IMG/VR virus record: IMGVR_UViG_3300044513_003239
Span: 1 to 33,462 of that record
DNA: 33,462 nt
Source: a virus
Lineage: Duplodnaviria > Caudoviricetes
Direction: 5' to 3' (one strand)
The first letter of the stretch is position 1. Each line of letters opens with the position of its first letter. Shown piece after piece: positions 29,375-33,462 of this stretch. Made by a program: the position numbers and the translations under genes. The notes below the pieces were generated by a model that was not told the origin of the DNA, searched no databases, and saw only the letters and a list, made by a program, of their open reading frames with translations.

Positions 29375-29800
29375 ATGTCTAATAATTTTGAAAAAATTGA
29401 TGAGGCACTAAACGTGGAAAGTTCTATTGTAGAGGTAGATCATAAGTCTAGTCAGATTCAAGCATCTGCACCAAAGTCTGATGATATCAAAAAAGATTAT
29501 GAGTACACAAGAGCAAACTTATATTCATTAATTGAAAAGGGCCAGGAAGCGATCAATGGAATCATGGAACTTGCCGGTGAGGGAGGAAGTCCAAGAGCAT
29601 ATGAAGTTGCTGGTCAGTTAATTAAAAGTGTTGCAGACACCACAGATAAATTAATTGATCTTCAGAAAAAATTGAAAGATGTTGAGGAAGATGTTGGTAA
29701 TAAAGCACCTAATTCTGTTACCAATAATGCAGTGTTTGTCGGATCAACGTCAGAACTTCAAAAGTTACTCAAACAAGGTTTTCTAAATAGTAAGGAATAA
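29375..29800 (+). CDS. gp16: Terminase small subunit gp16, 141 aa
   Basis: DYEYTRANLYSLIEKGQEAI...SPRAYEVAGQLIKSVADTTDKLIDLQKK...NNAVFVGSTSELQKLLK. Confidence 0.93.
   Translation: MSNNFEKIDEALNVESSIVEVDHKSSQIQASAPKSDDIKKDYEYTRANLYSLIEKGQEAINGIMELAGEGGSPRAYEVAGQLIKSVADTTDKLIDLQKKLKDVEEDVGNKAPNSVTNNAVFVGSTSELQKLLKQGFLNSKE
29782..29789 (+). promoter_or_regulatory. Candidate late promoter variant (TCTAAATA) for the genes inserted between gp16 and gp17
   Basis: CTAAATA core in the last codons of gp16, 23 nt before the ATG at 29813. Confidence 0.5.
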
Positions 29801-29812
29801 TTTAGTATTTTA

Positions 29813-31357
29813 ATGTCTTGGTCTGAGAAATACAAGAAATCAATTGATTGTGATAACCCAAAAGGGTTTTCTCAGAGAGCTCATTGTCAGGGACGTAAGA
29901 AGAAACTTACTGAAGAAGGTCTTCGTGATTGGTTTGGTAAGTCCAAGTCAAAGGATGGTAAAAAAGGTTGGGTAAATGTAGTCACAGGTGACTCATGTGC
30001 TAGCGACAAACCAGGTGAAGGTATTCCAAAATGTGTTTCTTCTGCTAAAAGGGCAAGTATGTCTAAGAAAGAGAGACTTGCTGCTCAACGTGCAAAAAGA
30101 AGAGAAGATCCCGAACAACAAGAAAAGTCTGGTGCATCTAAACCAACCATGGTAAAAACTGATAGACAGGTAAGGAAAGAGGAAATGGAAGTTACTGAGG
30201 CAAAAGACAAACCAGGAAAAGGTAGTGGTAAAAAAGATGTCTGCTATAATAAAGTAAAAGCAAGGTATGATGTTTGGCCAAGTGCTTATGCTTCTGGCGC
30301 TTTAGTTAAGTGCCGTAAAGTAGGTGCTGCTAATTGGGGAACCAAGAGTGAAGAAACCATCAATGAGCGTGGTGACTTCTGGCATCCAGATCCCGAAAAA
30401 GATAGAAGACTTGGTGGTCCTGGTCCAAACCAGCGTGCTCGTGAAGATGGTCGTTCATCATCTCCACAAAGAAAACCAGACTACAGCAATAGACTGAAAC
30501 CTGGTGAGTCCTACATGGATTTTGCTAAGCGTAAGCAAGCAGAGCGTACAAGAAAAGAAGAAAAGGACCACGAGTACTCAATGGCTCGTTCGGAAATTTC
30601 CACAGTCATTGCTGCAGCAAAAAGACTGAAGAAAAAAATGGGTAAGGGTGAGGGTAACCTTGAGGCATGGGTCCAGTCTAAGATCACAAAAGCGGCAGAT
30701 TACTTAGACACTGCTGCAGATTATGTTGATAGTGGTGAGCATAACGAATCAGTAAAAATTGAAGATGCAGATGGTAAAGCATTTGCAGAGGTTATTGATA
30801 TCATTGGTCCAGATCAATTCGAACCAGTAGTTGAAGCAAAGAAAAATGGTGATCCATGCTGGGTCGGATACAAGCAAGTTGGAATGAAAAAGAAAGGTGA
30901 AAAAATGGTTCCAAACTGTGTAAAAGAATCATTCACTATTGATAAAGACGCTCATAATAAATTAAAGAGAAGAGAAAAAATCAGAACGCTTGCTAATGTC
31001 GGTGTTGGTGGTGAAAGAGATGTTGCAAAGAGTAAGTTAGGAAAAACAGCAGAACTTCCTAGCGTAAAGAAAGAAGAAAAAACTTTTAGTCAGTTTATGG
31101 AAGACTGGCAAAAGGTAAATAAATCAGATAAGACCGATGGTATGAGTCAGAAAGCAGTTGATACTTATCGCCGTGAGAACCCAGGTTCCAAACTTAAGAC
31201 TGCTGTAACTGGTGATCCAAAACCAGGCAGTAAGGATGCTAAGCGTAGAAAGTCCTTCTGCTCCCGCTCTAAGGGGCAGCAAGACATGCATAACATCGAT
31301 TGCTCTAAAACACCCGATAAAGCAATTTGCAAAGCCCGTCGTCGCTGGAAGTGCTGA
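29813..31357 (+). CDS. Multi-module basic protein, 514 aa; putative protease-processed internal head polyprotein
   Basis: Lys/Arg-rich modules, five containing even numbers of Cys, separated by Glu-ending linkers (LTE, VTE, INE, KEE, HNE, VVE, VKE, FME). The CDS is secure; the function is inferred. Confidence 0.7.
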   Translation: MSWSEKYKKSIDCDNPKGFSQRAHCQGRKKKLTEEGLRDWFGKSKSKDGKKGWVNVVTGDSCASDKPGEGIPKCVSSAKRASMSKKERLAAQRAKRREDPEQQEKSGASKPTMVKTDRQVRKEEMEVTEAKDKPGKGSGKKDVCYNKVKARYDVWPSAYASGALVKCRKVGAANWGTKSEETINERGDFWHPDPEKDRRLGGPGPNQRAREDGRSSSPQRKPDYSNRLKPGESYMDFAKRKQAERTRKEEKDHEYSMARSEISTVIAAAKRLKKKMGKGEGNLEAWVQSKITKAADYLDTAADYVDSGEHNESVKIEDADGKAFAEVIDIIGPDQFEPVVEAKKNGDPCWVGYKQVGMKKKGEKMVPNCVKESFTIDKDAHNKLKRREKIRTLANVGVGGERDVAKSKLGKTAELPSVKKEEKTFSQFMEDWQKVNKSDKTDGMSQKAVDTYRRENPGSKLKTAVTGDPKPGSKDAKRRKSFCSRSKGQQDMHNIDCSKTPDKAICKARRRWKC

Positions 31358-31360
31358 TCA

Positions 31361-31669
31361 ATGAAAAGTTTTCAAGAATTTTTAACAGAAAGTATCACCA
31401 TCAATGGTGACTTCAATGGAACCCTCAACATTGGGAGTTCTCAACCAGAACAACCACAAGAATCTTTCTTTGCTGATGTTGTCTGGGAAGGAAAGATGTA
31501 TCGTCTAGAAGTAGAAGGTGCAATGCTTTCCAAGAATGAACTCGCAGAACAAATTCAAGGAGAGTACCCTGGAGCGATTGTTCATCAGATCTATCCTGGT
31601 CAGGTAAATACTTCTAGAATCAAAAACGCACAGAGATATCAACCAGAAAGATTATCGTGGAGTGATTAA
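31361..31669 (+). CDS. Putative internal head protein with N-terminal capsid-targeting-like sequence, 102 aa
   Basis: N-terminus MKSFQEFLTE closely matches the T4 IPII/IPIII capsid targeting sequence MKTYQEFIAE and ends in an L-x-E gp21-type site. Confidence 0.65.
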   Translation: MKSFQEFLTESITINGDFNGTLNIGSSQPEQPQESFFADVVWEGKMYRLEVEGAMLSKNELAEQIQGEYPGAIVHQIYPGQVNTSRIKNAQRYQPERLSWSD

Positions 31670-32943
31670 TGGCTCAGTGGAATAAGAACACACAGGACTT
31701 TCTAAACCAGGAGAGAAGTCTCTTTGAGGTTTTTCAAATTGCTGATCACTGGGGTGAGCAGACAGACTGGAGACCTCAGTTTTCATCAAATAATAGATTA
31801 AAAGTATCTCCATATCAAACAGTATTCTTCAATACCTTCCAGTATGGATTGGAGTCTGATGTATGGGATCAGAGAATCACTGGTATTGCATCAGCAACAC
31901 ATAATCCAGAATCTTCTAATATTACATTGTCGGTTGGTATAACCACAGGTAGTCAGGTTATCAGACAGACAAGAAATGTAATGAGATACATTCCTGGTAG
32001 AGCAGCAACTTTATCTTTTGCGATTCGTCTTGATGCTCCACAGGTAGGCATTCGTAGAAGATTTGGATTGTTTAATGATACTGATGGATTCTTCTTTGAG
32101 GATGATGGAGGAACATATTCCTGTGTAGTTCGTAATACTACTTCTGGTATTACATCAGATACTAAAATTGTCAGAGATGACTGGAATGGTGATAAGTTAG
32201 ATGGAAATGGATGGTCTCAGTACACTGCTGATGCTACAAAGATCCAGATGGTGAGTTTTGACTATGAGTGGTATGGTGCAGGTCAGGTTGGATTTAATTG
32301 GATTATTGGTGGAGAGAAAATCAATATCCACAAACACAACACTGCTAATGTATCAGAAAGACCTTGGAGTTCCACACCATTCCTACCAGTTCGTTGTGAG
32401 TTAGAGAATGTAACTGGAGTTGCTGGAACTCATTACATGTATCAGGGATCCAACTCTCTGATCCAAGAAGGTGAACCAGAGAAACTTGGTATTCTTATCA
32501 GTCAGAGCACTGCTGTTGCTGGTAAGACGATGGCAGTGGCGAATACTTATTATCCAATTGTCAGTCTTCGTTTGAAATCATCTGCTTTAGGAGCAATTTT
32601 ATTATTGAGATCTTTACAGGCAGCAACAAACGATAACACTAATGTTTTCTGGAGACTTGTTGAGAATCCTACATTGACTGGAGCAAGTTGGGTTGATCAT
32701 GGTGATCCAAACTCTTTTGCTCAATATGATTTGAGTGCAACATCAATGACTGGTGGTACAACTCTTATTAGTGGATTTACCATTGCTGGTGGTTCAACTC
32801 TTACTGAAGTTGATAGATATGCAGATTTACAAATGGGTAGATCAGGCATTGGTACAGTCAGTGATATCTTCACACTCGCTTGTGCTTCTCCTAATACCAA
32901 CAAAGCAGCACTTGCAGTACTGAACTGGATTGAACAAAGGTAA
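31669..32943 (+). CDS. Conserved beta-rich hypothetical (probable virion) protein, 424 aa
   Basis: TAATG coupling. Motifs RQTRNVMRYIPGR, RRFGLFNDTDGFFFE, DWNGDKLDGNG and FDYEWYGAG belong to a phage family I recognise but cannot assign a function. Confidence 0.7.
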   Translation: MAQWNKNTQDFLNQERSLFEVFQIADHWGEQTDWRPQFSSNNRLKVSPYQTVFFNTFQYGLESDVWDQRITGIASATHNPESSNITLSVGITTGSQVIRQTRNVMRYIPGRAATLSFAIRLDAPQVGIRRRFGLFNDTDGFFFEDDGGTYSCVVRNTTSGITSDTKIVRDDWNGDKLDGNGWSQYTADATKIQMVSFDYEWYGAGQVGFNWIIGGEKINIHKHNTANVSERPWSSTPFLPVRCELENVTGVAGTHYMYQGSNSLIQEGEPEKLGILISQSTAVAGKTMAVANTYYPIVSLRLKSSALGAILLLRSLQAATNDNTNVFWRLVENPTLTGASWVDHGDPNSFAQYDLSATSMTGGTTLISGFTIAGGSTLTEVDRYADLQMGRSGIGTVSDIFTLACASPNTNKAALAVLNWIEQR

Positions 32944-32963
32944 TTATTAATTGGAGGTTTATT

Positions 32964-33462
32964 ATGAGTGAAGTTTATCTTGGTAATCCTAATCTAAAAA
33001 AAGCAAATACTCAGATCGAATTTACTGAGGAACAAATCATTGAGTTCCTTAAGTGTAAAGAGGACCCAGTTTATTTCGCTAGAAATTATATCAAGATCGT
33101 TTCTCTTGATCATGGTCTTGTGCCTTTCAGTATGTATCCGTTTCAGGAAAAACTTATCCAGAATTTCCATGATAACAGATTTAATATTTGTAAGATGCCA
33201 CGTCAGACTGGTAAGTCTACTACTTGTGTATCATATCTTCTGCACTACGCTGTTTTTAACGATAATGTTAACATCGCCATCCTAGCAAACAAGGCATCCA
33301 CTGCTAGAGATCTTCTTGGTAGGTTACAACTTGCATACGAAAACTTGCCGAAGTGGATGCAACAGGGTATCATATCATGGAACAAAGGTAGTCTGGAATT
33401 AGAAAATGGCTCCAAAATTTCGTCTAACTCTACTTCGTCATCTGCTGTCCGAGGCGGATCCT
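32964..33462 (+). CDS. gp17: Terminase large subunit gp17, 5' part (runs off the window); not in ORF track
   Basis: GGAGG at 32953-32957 and ATG at 32964. It translates as MSEVYLGNPNLKKAN...CKEDPVYFARNYIKIVSLDHGLVPF.MYPFQ (Q motif)...CKMPRQTGKST (Walker A)...ILANKASTARDLL...WNKGSLELENGS, open to the window end. Confidence 0.95.
   Translation, partial: MSEVYLGNPNLKKANTQIEFTEEQIIEFLKCKEDPVYFARNYIKIVSLDHGLVPFSMYPFQEKLIQNFHDNRFNICKMPRQTGKSTTCVSYLLHYAVFNDNVNIAILANKASTARDLLGRLQLAYENLPKWMQQGIISWNKGSLELENGSKISSNSTSSSAVRGGS

Noticed and set aside
2522-32903. Short minus-strand ORFs in the track (2522, 3523, 6792, 8090, 14505, 15510, 16953, 18527, 21092, 22649, 24398, 27627, 28844, 32721)
   Set aside because: All lie wholly antisense to long conserved structural genes and read as shadow frames.
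33040-33285. 81-aa plus-strand ORF
   Set aside because: Out-of-frame shadow inside gp17, which starts at 32964.
1-33462. CRISPR arrays, tRNA/rRNA genes, IS elements, DGR template/variable repeats, recoded stop codons
   Set aside because: Intergenic gaps are about 60 nt or less, no long nucleotide repeats were seen by eye, there is no reverse transcriptase or transposase, and genes are intact in the standard code with TAA, TGA and TAG all used as stops.

Overview
The window is a 33.5-kb, AT-rich, all plus-strand segment of the virion-structural module of a T4-like myovirus, almost certainly a cyanophage (Kyanoviridae-type). Gene order: GT-A glycosyltransferase, small ORFs, an ATP-grasp-like protein, gp25, gp6, a giant 3982-aa gp7-like baseplate protein, gp8, a 2415-aa VrlC/DUF4815-like structural protein, small structural ORFs, gp13, gp14, gp15, gp16, three inserted genes, and the 5' part of the large terminase gp17 (cut by the window edge). 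Three genes are missing from the supplied ORF track: a 45-aa very basic peptide (976-1113), a 58-aa NblA-like protein (25347-25523) and gp17 (32964-end). The most intriguing signal lies between gp16 and gp17. There, a 514-aa protein is built of small basic modules with paired cysteines, joined by Glu-ending linkers that resemble T4 gp21 prohead-protease sites. It carries an internal capsid-targeting-like motif and is followed by a gene starting with a near-canonical T4 capsid-targeting sequence. Together these suggest a capsid-packaged, protease-matured polyprotein cargo. Other candidates are a two-hairpin RNA leader that occludes an RBS (1714-1766) and a G-[IV]-G-[ST]-T / S-G-I-S-T motif recurring across unrelated virion proteins next to a glycosyltransferase. 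All family assignments are from motif recognition and synteny; no searches were run.
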